Below, one piece after another: positions 26,335-34,106 of a DNA stretch of 64,000 nt; positions within the stretch are counted from its first letter, which is position 1, and the number at the start of each line of letters is the position of its first letter. Made by a program: the position numbers and the translations under genes. Origin of the DNA: an uncultured Solirubrobacterales bacterium (GTDB lineage Bacteria > Actinomycetota > Thermoleophilia > Solirubrobacterales > JBBDJG01); contig CAVZDP010000003.1 in NCBI GenBank assembly GCA_963774075.1, positions 408,062-472,061 of the forward strand, given 5' to 3'. The notes beneath the pieces are model-generated. The model had not been told where the DNA came from, searched no databases, and was given only the letters and a program-made list of their open reading frames with translations.

Positions 26335-27234
26335 TTGGGTCTTGGCACTGAGGGCCGGACGGATGCGGCCCCTGTTCGTGCTGGGGAATACGAGCAGCTC
26401 GCCGAGCAGATCCGCGAGCTCGCGCATCTACGGATTCCGACGGGAGCGACCGTGGCGGTCGTGAGCCGGGGAGACGAGGTGCTGCTGCAGCTCGGGCGCC
26501 GTAAAGGCGTGCACTTCCCCCAGGACGAGGACGGCAAGTGGGCCGGCTTTCACCCCTCCGACAGCGAGTCGGCCGTAGAGATGCTCGAGCAGGCGCGCGA
26601 GGAGGGCGCCGAATACTTCCTGCTGCCGAGCACCTCCTTCTGGTGGCTCGACTACTACCAGGGCCTCAAGACCCACCTCGAGACCCGCTACCAGGTGGTC
26701 GAGGCGGGCGATTCGTGCTGGATCGTCCAGCTCACGCCAGGAATGGATCTTGCCGCCCATTCAGTCCCCGCGCCCAGTGCCGATACAGAACGCATGACGG
26801 TTGGCCTGAGCCTGCACGAATCGTCTCCGTCGCTGCGCGAGGTCATCGACGGTCTCCTGCCCGAAGGCGCGAAAGTCGGCCTCTTGAGCACCGGCGGCGC
26901 CGGAACTCCCGCAGGGCTGCTCCAAGCGGACCTCGCCGACCCGGAAGCCGCCATCGATCAGCTCCACAACCTGGAGACGGACGGCACCCAGTTCGTCGTC
27001 GTCCCGGGGATGCTCTTCGATTGGCTGGCCGACAACCCCGAGGTACGGCAGCAGCTCAACCGCCATCGCTTCATCACGAAGCAGGCTCATCTCTGCGAGA
27101 TCTACGAGCTTCTTCCGGCCACGGAGGAGCGGCCGCCGCGTGAAAGCGAGGAAACGGGGACGACCAGGACCTCTTTCGGCGAGGTACTACGGCGCATCCT
27201 TCTTCGTTCTCGGCGGCATGGCACCGGTTCCTAG
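26335..27234 (+). CDS. Standalone tandem WWLD-domain protein (tD2)
   Basis: Copy 1 is VAVVSRGDEVLLQLGRRKGVHFPQDEDGKWAGFHPSDSESAVEMLEQAREEGAEYFLLPSTSFWWLDYYQGLKTHLETRY..SCWIVQL. Copy 2 is KVGLLSTGGAG..DPEAAIDQLHNLETDGTQFVVVPGMLFDWLADNPEVRQQLNRH..LCEIYEL. The TTG start at 26335 is preceded by GGAAGGAG..GAGGCAGAG. Confidence 0.75.
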   Translation: MGLGTEGRTDAAPVRAGEYEQLAEQIRELAHLRIPTGATVAVVSRGDEVLLQLGRRKGVHFPQDEDGKWAGFHPSDSESAVEMLEQAREEGAEYFLLPSTSFWWLDYYQGLKTHLETRYQVVEAGDSCWIVQLTPGMDLAAHSVPAPSADTERMTVGLSLHESSPSLREVIDGLLPEGAKVGLLSTGGAGTPAGLLQADLADPEAAIDQLHNLETDGTQFVVVPGMLFDWLADNPEVRQQLNRHRFITKQAHLCEIYELLPATEERPPRESEETGTTRTSFGEVLRRILLRSRRHGTGS

Positions 27235-28537
27235 AGACAAGGTCCTCTACGTCTGCCACAACCACCCGGCGATCACGCCTGGTGGTGCAGAGAGCATTGC
27301 GCTCCAGCTCTACGAGGGCATGCGCGATGCCGGCGAGCTCGATGCGGTCTTCCTCGCCCGCAGCGGTCCTCCCGTCTCCATCACGGCCCGCGTGCACGAA
27401 GGCCGCCCGCTGACGCTCGTCAACGACGACCCGAATCAGTACTTCTTCTACACCGACCTCTCCGATTGGGATTGGCCGTTCGGGCGCTCTCCGAACAAGT
27501 CGGCGCTAACGCGCTTCTTTGCCGACTTCCTCCTGGATCAGGATCCTGACGTCGTCCACTTCCAGCACTCGACGTTCCTCGGATACGACGCGCTGCGGGT
27601 GACGCGTAACACTCTGCCGGACGTGCCGATCGTTTACACGCTGCACGAGTTCCTGCCCATCTGCTTCCACGACGGCAAGCTAGTCAGGACGCGCAACTAC
27701 GAGCCCTGCCTCGAGGCCTCGCCACGTCGCTGCCACGAGTGCTTTCCGGCCATCAGCCAGCAGACCTTCTTCATGCGCGAGCGGTTCATCAAGTCGCATC
27801 TCTCGGTCGTTGACCAATTCATCTCGCCGAGCCGTTTTCTGCGCGACCGCTACGTGGACTGGGGCCTGCCGGCGGAGAAGATCATGGTCGAGGAGAACGG
27901 CCGCCTCGCGGTCGAGAAGCTGCCGCCGACCGAGGGGCGCCGAAACCGGTTCGCCTTCTTCGGGCAGCTCACCCAGTACAAGGGCATCGACGTGCTGCTG
28001 AAGGCGATGGCGCTTCTCGACGAGGCGGAGTTCGAAGCACAGGTCTTCATCCACGGCGCGAACCTGGACTGGGCCCCCGAGGACTTCAAGGACGAGCTCC
28101 TAGCCCTGCTCGACGCCGCCGGGCCGTCGGTGAGCCTGGTTGGAATCTATGAGCCGCACGAGCTGCGCAATCTCATGCAGGAGGTGGATTGGGTCCTGGT
28201 GCCCTCGATCTGGTGGGAGAACTCGCCGCTCGTGATTCAGGAAGCCTTCATGTATGGGCGGCCGGTCATCTGCAGCGACATCGGCGGAATGGCGGAGAAG
28301 GTGACCGACGGCGTCGATGGGCTCCACTTCCGGCGGGCCGACCCGGAGAGCCTCGCCGAGGTGATGCAGAGGGCGGTGACCACGGAAGGGCTCTGGGAAA
28401 GGCTGCGCGCAAACGCCCCGCAGGTCCAAACGATGCGCGATCACGTCGCGACGCTCACCGGGACGTACCGCAGGCTGCTTGCCGACCGCGAGGGGCAGGT
28501 CTCCGAGTCCGACGGCGAGGTGGTGCAGCTTGCATAA
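27218..28537 (+). CDS. GT4-type glycosyltransferase with Cx13Cx7Cx2C insert (paralog 4 of 6)
   Basis: An in-frame ATG at 27218 (MAPVPRDKVLYVCHNHPAITPGGAESIALQLYEGM) overlaps the upstream stop by 17 nt, as at 21715. It continues LHEFLPICFHDGKLVRTRNYEPCLEASPRRCHECFPA..LVPSIWWENSPLVIQEAFMYGRPVICSDIGGMAEKV. Confidence 0.9.
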   Translation: MAPVPRDKVLYVCHNHPAITPGGAESIALQLYEGMRDAGELDAVFLARSGPPVSITARVHEGRPLTLVNDDPNQYFFYTDLSDWDWPFGRSPNKSALTRFFADFLLDQDPDVVHFQHSTFLGYDALRVTRNTLPDVPIVYTLHEFLPICFHDGKLVRTRNYEPCLEASPRRCHECFPAISQQTFFMRERFIKSHLSVVDQFISPSRFLRDRYVDWGLPAEKIMVEENGRLAVEKLPPTEGRRNRFAFFGQLTQYKGIDVLLKAMALLDEAEFEAQVFIHGANLDWAPEDFKDELLALLDAAGPSVSLVGIYEPHELRNLMQEVDWVLVPSIWWENSPLVIQEAFMYGRPVICSDIGGMAEKVTDGVDGLHFRRADPESLAEVMQRAVTTEGLWERLRANAPQVQTMRDHVATLTGTYRRLLADREGQVSESDGEVVQLA

Positions 28538-28538
28538 C

Positions 28539-29894
28539 ATGGTCACCGACCAGGTTGAGTCGAGCAACGGGGGCAGGCGGCGTCCCAAGGTCATGTTCGT
28601 CGCTCACAACCATCCGCAGATCCGGCCCGGCGGGTCGGAGGGCTACGCGTTCGAGGTCTACGAGGAGATGCGTGACCAGGGCGAGTTCGAGCCGGTCTTC
28701 GTGGTCCGCAGCGGGCCACCGATCTCCATCGCCGACCGGCAGCACGAAGGCCGTCCATTCACGCTTGCCAACAACGACCCCAACCAGTATCTCTTCTACA
28801 CCGACCCGACCGGCTTCGACTGGCTCTACGGCCGCTCACCGCACAAGTCGGCCCTAACCAGGTTCTTCAGCGACTTTCTCCTCGACCAGCAGCCGGACCT
28901 GGTCCACTTCCATCACACGATGTTCCTCGGCTACGACATCCTCCGCGTCACGCGCAACACCCTTCCCGACGTTCCGATCGTCTACACGATCCACGATCAC
29001 ACGCTGATCTGCAACCGCGACGGCCAGATGGTGAGGACGGGCACGGACCAGCTCTGCAACGAGGCGTCGCCACGTCGCTGCCACGAGTGCTTCCCGGGCA
29101 TCAGCCAGCAGACCTTCTTCATGCGCGAGCGCTTCATCAAGTCTCAGCTGTCGGCGGTGGACCTCTTCATAATTCCGAGCAAGGACGCGTTCGAGCGCTA
29201 CGTCGATTGGGGGATCCCTAGATCGCGCATCGTCCACGAGCCACACGGCCGCCCGCCGAGGGAGATGATCGATGACGCCGACGCCGATCTCCCGCGTGAC
29301 CGGTTCGGCTTCTTCGGCCAGCTGACGGCGTACAAGGGAGCCAACGTGCTGCTCGAGGCGATGTCCCTGCTGGGCGAGGATTTCAAGGGCACGTTGACGA
29401 TTCACGGGGCGAACCTCGAGATCGCTGAGCAGGAGTTCCAGGAGCAGCTCACCGCGCTGCTGGAGGACTCCCACGCCAACGTTCGCCTGGCCGGCGAGTA
29501 CACCTACAGTGACCTGCCGAACCTGATGGAGCGGATCGACTGGGTGGTAGTCCCGTCGATCACCTACGAAACGGGCCCTCTCACGCTTCTCGAGGCGTTC
29601 GAGCACGGCCGACCGGTCATCTGCAGCGACATCGGCGGAATGGCCGAGAAGGTGACCGACGGCGTCGATGGGCTCCACTTTCGGCGCGGCAACGCCCACA
29701 GCCTCGCTTCGACGTTGCGGCGCGCCGCGAGCGACCCGGAGCTCTGGAAAGAGCTCCGCGCCGGAATACCGCCAGTACAGACGATGAGCGACCACATCCA
29801 TCGACTCGCAGGTCACTACCGGTCTCTGCTCGAGCGGCCGCAGCAGATGTCTCGGTCGGCCTCGGGCGGCGGAAAGGTGCATCAGCGTGCCTAG
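28539..29894 (+). CDS. GT4-type glycosyltransferase with Cx13Cx7Cx2C insert (paralog 5 of 6)
   Basis: The ATG at 28539 lies 1 nt after the upstream TAA. It reads MVTDQVESSNGGRRRPKVMFVAHNHPQIRPGGSEGYAFEVYEEM..IHDHTLICNRDGQMVRTGTDQLCNEASPRRCHECFPG..VVPSITYETGPLTLLEAFEHGRPVICSDIGGMAEKV. Confidence 0.9.
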   Translation: MVTDQVESSNGGRRRPKVMFVAHNHPQIRPGGSEGYAFEVYEEMRDQGEFEPVFVVRSGPPISIADRQHEGRPFTLANNDPNQYLFYTDPTGFDWLYGRSPHKSALTRFFSDFLLDQQPDLVHFHHTMFLGYDILRVTRNTLPDVPIVYTIHDHTLICNRDGQMVRTGTDQLCNEASPRRCHECFPGISQQTFFMRERFIKSQLSAVDLFIIPSKDAFERYVDWGIPRSRIVHEPHGRPPREMIDDADADLPRDRFGFFGQLTAYKGANVLLEAMSLLGEDFKGTLTIHGANLEIAEQEFQEQLTALLEDSHANVRLAGEYTYSDLPNLMERIDWVVVPSITYETGPLTLLEAFEHGRPVICSDIGGMAEKVTDGVDGLHFRRGNAHSLASTLRRAASDPELWKELRAGIPPVQTMSDHIHRLAGHYRSLLERPQQMSRSASGGGKVHQRA

Positions 29895-31743
29895 CCGACT
29901 CGCCGCACTCGAAGCTGACGGCACCTCGGTCGGCCTCGCCAGCCGCCTGTCCACCGGCGTGCTGCTGCTGGCGGGCCGCTTCGGCGAGGGCGAGGAGCGC
30001 CGCGTGATGCTCCACAGGGACGATGCGGAGACACCGCTCGAGTCGGTCAGCTTCGACTATGAGCTGTCCGAGTACCCCGGGGAGCCCGGGAGGCCGCGGA
30101 CGCTGATGATGGTCTTCCTGCCAACGCGCTACCCGCTGCGGCGAGACGACAGGCTCACGATCGAGGCTCCCGGTTCCCGCGTGGAGCTCGAGTGGCAGGA
30201 GCTCAAGCGCTCGCTCACAGACCTCAAGACGCTCGCGCGCACCGCGCTGGCGCCCCTGGATGCGGAGGGTCGTGCCAGCGCGATGAAGTTCCTGGCCCGC
30301 GCGCTCGCGATCCACCCCCGTGGCGGCGCGATCCAGCTCAGCGAGACGCTGTTCGAGCTGCGAACCGCCCTCCGCGAGCACCTGCCCGTGTACGACCACG
30401 CACCCGACCAGCCGCGTGGGATTGCCATGGAGTCGATCATGGCGGTGGACGACTGCTCCTTTTACATGGAGGGTTGGGCCCGCGACGAGGAGGCGGAGAT
30501 CGTGCGGCTCACGGCCGTCTCCCCCGAGGGGGACCGGGCCGAGCTGGCCGGGAACCTCTATCGCTTCCCGCGGGCCGACGTGACCAACTACTTCGCGGTC
30601 GGGGTCATCAGCCGTCAAGACCCCAACGAGCAAGTCGGCTTCATTTCTTTCTTCGAGCTCGAGTCTCCGAGCTTCCTGAGCACCGGCTGGGTGCTCGAGA
30701 TGGAGAATGCGCAGGGAACCGTGCTCGAGACGGGAGGACCGCCCGTCGTGCGCGATTCGAAAATCGCCCGTGAGCGCATTCTGGCCGCCGCGAGCAGGGA
30801 GCGGCTTCCCGACGACGAGCTGATGGAGAAGCACGCCATGCCGGCCCTGGTCAGGTTCCAGCAGCACGTCGAGGACTCGATCAGGATCGCGTCCGTGACC
30901 GAGTTCGGGGAGCCCCCTTCGGCGCCAGCCGTCTCCATCGTGATTCCGCTCTACAAACGCGTGGACTTGATCGAGCAGCAACTTGCCGAATTCGTGCTCG
31001 ACCCAGAGATCCGAGACGCCGAACTGATCTACGTCCTGGACTCGCCCGAGCAGAAGGACGAGCTTCTCTTCCTCGCCTCTCGCCTATTTCCGGTCTACCG
31101 AATTCCCATGCGCGTGGCGGTACTCCAGCGCAACGTCGGCTTCGCGGGCGCGAACAACGCAGGCGCCTCGATTGCGCGTGGAAGTCTCTTGATGCTCATG
31201 AACTCCGACGTCTTGCCGGACAAGCCCGGGTGGCTCGGTGTGTTGAGCCGCTTCTACGAGGAAACGCCCAACATTGGCGCGCTCGCCCCGAAGCTGCTGT
31301 ACGAGGACGGCTCGATCCAGAACGCGGGCATGCGCTTTCACCGGCCGCACGGAACATCGGTCTGGCTGGACGACCACTACTTCCGGGGCCTGCACCGCAG
31401 CTTTCCAGCCGCCAACGTGCCCCGCAGAGTGCCCCTGCTCTCGGGCGCCTGCCTGATGATCTCTCGCTCGCTTTACGAGGAGCTCGGAGGCCTGCGCGGC
31501 ATCTACGTACAGGGCGATTACGAGGACAGCGACCTCTGCATGCGCCTCAACGAGCTCGGCCGCGACAACTGGTACATGCCGGACGCGGAGGTCTTCCACC
31601 TCGAGGGCACGTCCTACACGGCCGACATGCGCATGCCCGCCAACAGGTACAACGGCTGGCTGCACACCCACCTCTGGAAAGACCACATCGGCGCCCTGAT
31701 GGCGCGGTACGAAAGCCCGAACGGAGCGGCGGACTCGCCGTAG
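29887..31743 (+). CDS. X-GT2 glycosyltransferase (paralog 3 of 4)
   Basis: The GTG at 29887 overlaps the upstream stop by 8 nt (GTGCCTAG). The N-domain is IMAVDDCSFYMEGWARDEEAEIVRLTAVSPEG..LYRFPRADV..GWVLEME. The GT2 part is VSIVIPLYKRVDLIEQQLAEF..LIYVLDSPE..NVGFAGANNAG..LMNSDVLPDKPGW..LLYEDGSIQNAGM..GDYEDSDLCMRL. Confidence 0.85.
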   Translation: MPSRLAALEADGTSVGLASRLSTGVLLLAGRFGEGEERRVMLHRDDAETPLESVSFDYELSEYPGEPGRPRTLMMVFLPTRYPLRRDDRLTIEAPGSRVELEWQELKRSLTDLKTLARTALAPLDAEGRASAMKFLARALAIHPRGGAIQLSETLFELRTALREHLPVYDHAPDQPRGIAMESIMAVDDCSFYMEGWARDEEAEIVRLTAVSPEGDRAELAGNLYRFPRADVTNYFAVGVISRQDPNEQVGFISFFELESPSFLSTGWVLEMENAQGTVLETGGPPVVRDSKIARERILAAASRERLPDDELMEKHAMPALVRFQQHVEDSIRIASVTEFGEPPSAPAVSIVIPLYKRVDLIEQQLAEFVLDPEIRDAELIYVLDSPEQKDELLFLASRLFPVYRIPMRVAVLQRNVGFAGANNAGASIARGSLLMLMNSDVLPDKPGWLGVLSRFYEETPNIGALAPKLLYEDGSIQNAGMRFHRPHGTSVWLDDHYFRGLHRSFPAANVPRRVPLLSGACLMISRSLYEELGGLRGIYVQGDYEDSDLCMRLNELGRDNWYMPDAEVFHLEGTSYTADMRMPANRYNGWLHTHLWKDHIGALMARYESPNGAADSP

Positions 31744-31830
31744 GGCCGGCGCGGGTTACGCGGCCGCAGCCGCGCGTGCAGAGCGGGAAACGGCACGGTC
31801 CCCCAACTAGACTTGAGAGGTGGAGAGGAA

Positions 31831-32781
31831 GTGAACGCGGGTGCATCGAGAGGCCCAACCAGCGTGACCGCGGAGCCTGCCAAGGGGCCCTATCCGCGCG
31901 TCACGAGCTCCGAGTACGCCCACACCGTCCAGCGACTTCAGGAGATCGTCAGCACCAGCGTGCCGGCTGACGCGGTCGTGCTGATCGCAAGCAGGGGCGA
32001 CGAGGCGCTCTTGGAGCTGGACAGGCGCGAGGGGTGGCACTTCCCGCAGGCCTCGAACGGCGAGTACGCCGGCCACTATCCAGAGGATGGGGCGAGCGCA
32101 ATCTCCCATCTCGAGGAGCTGCGAGGCCGTGGCGCGCAATACGTCGCGTTTCCCGAAACGGCCATGTGGTGGCTCGACCACTACGGCGAGCTACGCGAGC
32201 ATCTCGAAGACCGCTGCCGCCTCGTCGCCGACGAGCCGGAGTGCAGGGTCTTCGAGCTTGCGGCCGTCGCGCCCGAGGGGGTGCTCGCCGAAACGGAATC
32301 GTCGCCCGTCGAGCCCATGCCCGGTGCCGCCACGTCGCGCCTGCACGCGGAGGACTTCAAAGCGTTGCGCGAAGTTGTGCGAGGCCTGCTTCCGCCCAAC
32401 GCGAGCGCCGCCGTCGTGGGTTCGGACCCCGCGACGCTGAGCGCGCTCGAGCTCGATGGTTACCGCGTTTGGGCGATCGAGCCCGACGCCGGCGCGCCGG
32501 CCGCGGAGCTCGCGGAAGCTGAGCGCCTTGGTTGTCGCTTTCTGGTCGTCACCAGAGCGGGCTTCGACTCTCTGGACGAGATGACGGAGCTGAGCGACCA
32601 CGTCCGGCGCCGGTATTCGTTCGTGACCCGGCAGGAGGAGCTGTGCGAGATCTACGAGCGCCGCGAAAGCTCCCAGGGCTCTCAGGGAGCGGCTCATGCG
32701 GCGACGGACGGCCCCGGCGGGCAGTCCCTGCTCGCGCGCCTGCGCTCGATGCTCCCCGGCCGCCGCGGCGGGAAAGCGTAG
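31831..32781 (+). CDS. Standalone tandem WWLD-domain protein (tD3)
   Basis: Copy 1 is VVLIASRGDEALLELDRREGWHFPQASNGEYAGHYPEDGASAISHLEELRGRGAQYVAFPETAMWWLDHYGELREHLEDRC..CRVFEL. Copy 2 is AAVVGSDPATL..AAELAEAERLGCRFLVVTRAGFDSLDEMTELSDHVRRRY..LCEIYE. I prefer GTG 31831 (GGTGGAGAGGAA immediately upstream) over the track's TTG 31813. Confidence 0.75.
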   Translation: MNAGASRGPTSVTAEPAKGPYPRVTSSEYAHTVQRLQEIVSTSVPADAVVLIASRGDEALLELDRREGWHFPQASNGEYAGHYPEDGASAISHLEELRGRGAQYVAFPETAMWWLDHYGELREHLEDRCRLVADEPECRVFELAAVAPEGVLAETESSPVEPMPGAATSRLHAEDFKALREVVRGLLPPNASAAVVGSDPATLSALELDGYRVWAIEPDAGAPAAELAEAERLGCRFLVVTRAGFDSLDEMTELSDHVRRRYSFVTRQEELCEIYERRESSQGSQGAAHAATDGPGGQSLLARLRSMLPGRRGGKA

Positions 32782-32786
32782 TCGGC

Positions 32787-34106
32787 ATGAAGGTCCTGTT
32801 CGTCTGCCACAACCACGCGAAGCTGCGCCCCGGCGGAGCGGAAGGCTACGCGCTCGACCTCTACGAGCATCTTCGCGCACGCGACGACTTCACCCCGATC
32901 TTGCTCGCGCGCGCCGAGCCGCCGCGCTCGGATCGCTCCCGCCGGTTCGAGGGCAGGCGGATCAGGCGGGTCGACGACGACCCCAACCAGTACCTCTTCT
33001 ACACGGACCCCAAGGAGCACGACTACCTATTTGGCAAGGGCCGCAACAAGAGCGAGTTGACGCGGTTCTACCGTGAGTTCCTGCTGGCCCAGGAGCCGGA
33101 CGTGGTCCACTTCCAGGGCACGCTGTTCCTCGGCTACGACATCATCCGGGTGACGCGCAACGCTCTGCCTCACGCGGGGATCGTCTACACGCTGCACGAG
33201 TACCTCCCGATCTGCTACCGCGACGGCCAGATGGTCCGCACGAAGGGGAACGAGCTCTGCGGCGAGGAGTCTCCACGCCGCTGCCACGAGTGCTTCCCCG
33301 AGGTGAGCGAGCAGGACTTCTTCCTGCGCAAGGCCTTCATCCAGTCCCATCTCGAGCTGGTCGACCGGTTCATCGCTCCAACGCCCCACACGCTGGAGCA
33401 GTACGTGCAGTGGGGCATCCCGCGCGAGAAGATTCGTCTCGAGTCGCAAGGGATAGTGCGCCCACTGCCCGAGCGGCCGAGGCGGCGGCCGGCCACTCGG
33501 GACCGCAGGCGAAACTGCTTCGGCTACTTCGGCCAGCTCACTCCCTACAAGGGCGTCGACGTGCTGCTGAGGGCGATCGACGCGCTCGGAGACGAGTTCG
33601 ACGGGAAGCTGTGGATCCACGGCGCGAACCTGGAGCATGCAAAGCCCGAGTTTCGGGCCGAGCTGCGCGCGCTGCTCGAGCGCACGAAGGACCGGGTCAC
33701 GTTCGCCGGTCGCTACGAGAGGCACGAGCTGCCCGAGCTGATGGAGCGGATCGACTGGGTTGTGATCCCGTCGATCTGGTGGGAGACCGGCCCGCTCACG
33801 GTGTCGGAGGCCTTCATGCACGGCCGTCCGGTGATCTGCTCGAACATGGGCGGAATGGCGGAGCGCGTCGAGGACGGGGTCAGCGGTCTGCACTTCCGCC
33901 GTGGCGATCCCCACGACCTCGCGGACGTGCTGCGGCGAGCGTCGACCGCGCCGGAGCTCTGGGACGAGCTGCGCGCCGGCATACCCGAGGTTCATTGGAT
34001 GAAGGACCACGCGGCCGTGCTTGGCGAGCTGTACAGGGAGCTCGCCGCCTCGCGCTCCCCCGCCAGCTCGCCGCTCGAGACGCGCGAGGCACTCAGGAGT
34101 GCCTGA
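32787..34106 (+). CDS. GT4-type glycosyltransferase with Cx13Cx7Cx2C insert (paralog 6 of 6)
   Basis: An in-frame ATG at 32787 gives MKVLFVCHNHAKLRPGGAEGYALDLYEHL. It continues LHEYLPICYRDGQMVRTKGNELCGEESPRRCHECFPE..VIPSIWWETGPLTVSEAFMHGRPVICSNMGGMAERV. Confidence 0.9.
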   Translation: MKVLFVCHNHAKLRPGGAEGYALDLYEHLRARDDFTPILLARAEPPRSDRSRRFEGRRIRRVDDDPNQYLFYTDPKEHDYLFGKGRNKSELTRFYREFLLAQEPDVVHFQGTLFLGYDIIRVTRNALPHAGIVYTLHEYLPICYRDGQMVRTKGNELCGEESPRRCHECFPEVSEQDFFLRKAFIQSHLELVDRFIAPTPHTLEQYVQWGIPREKIRLESQGIVRPLPERPRRRPATRDRRRNCFGYFGQLTPYKGVDVLLRAIDALGDEFDGKLWIHGANLEHAKPEFRAELRALLERTKDRVTFAGRYERHELPELMERIDWVVIPSIWWETGPLTVSEAFMHGRPVICSNMGGMAERVEDGVSGLHFRRGDPHDLADVLRRASTAPELWDELRAGIPEVHWMKDHAAVLGELYRELAASRSPASSPLETREALRSA

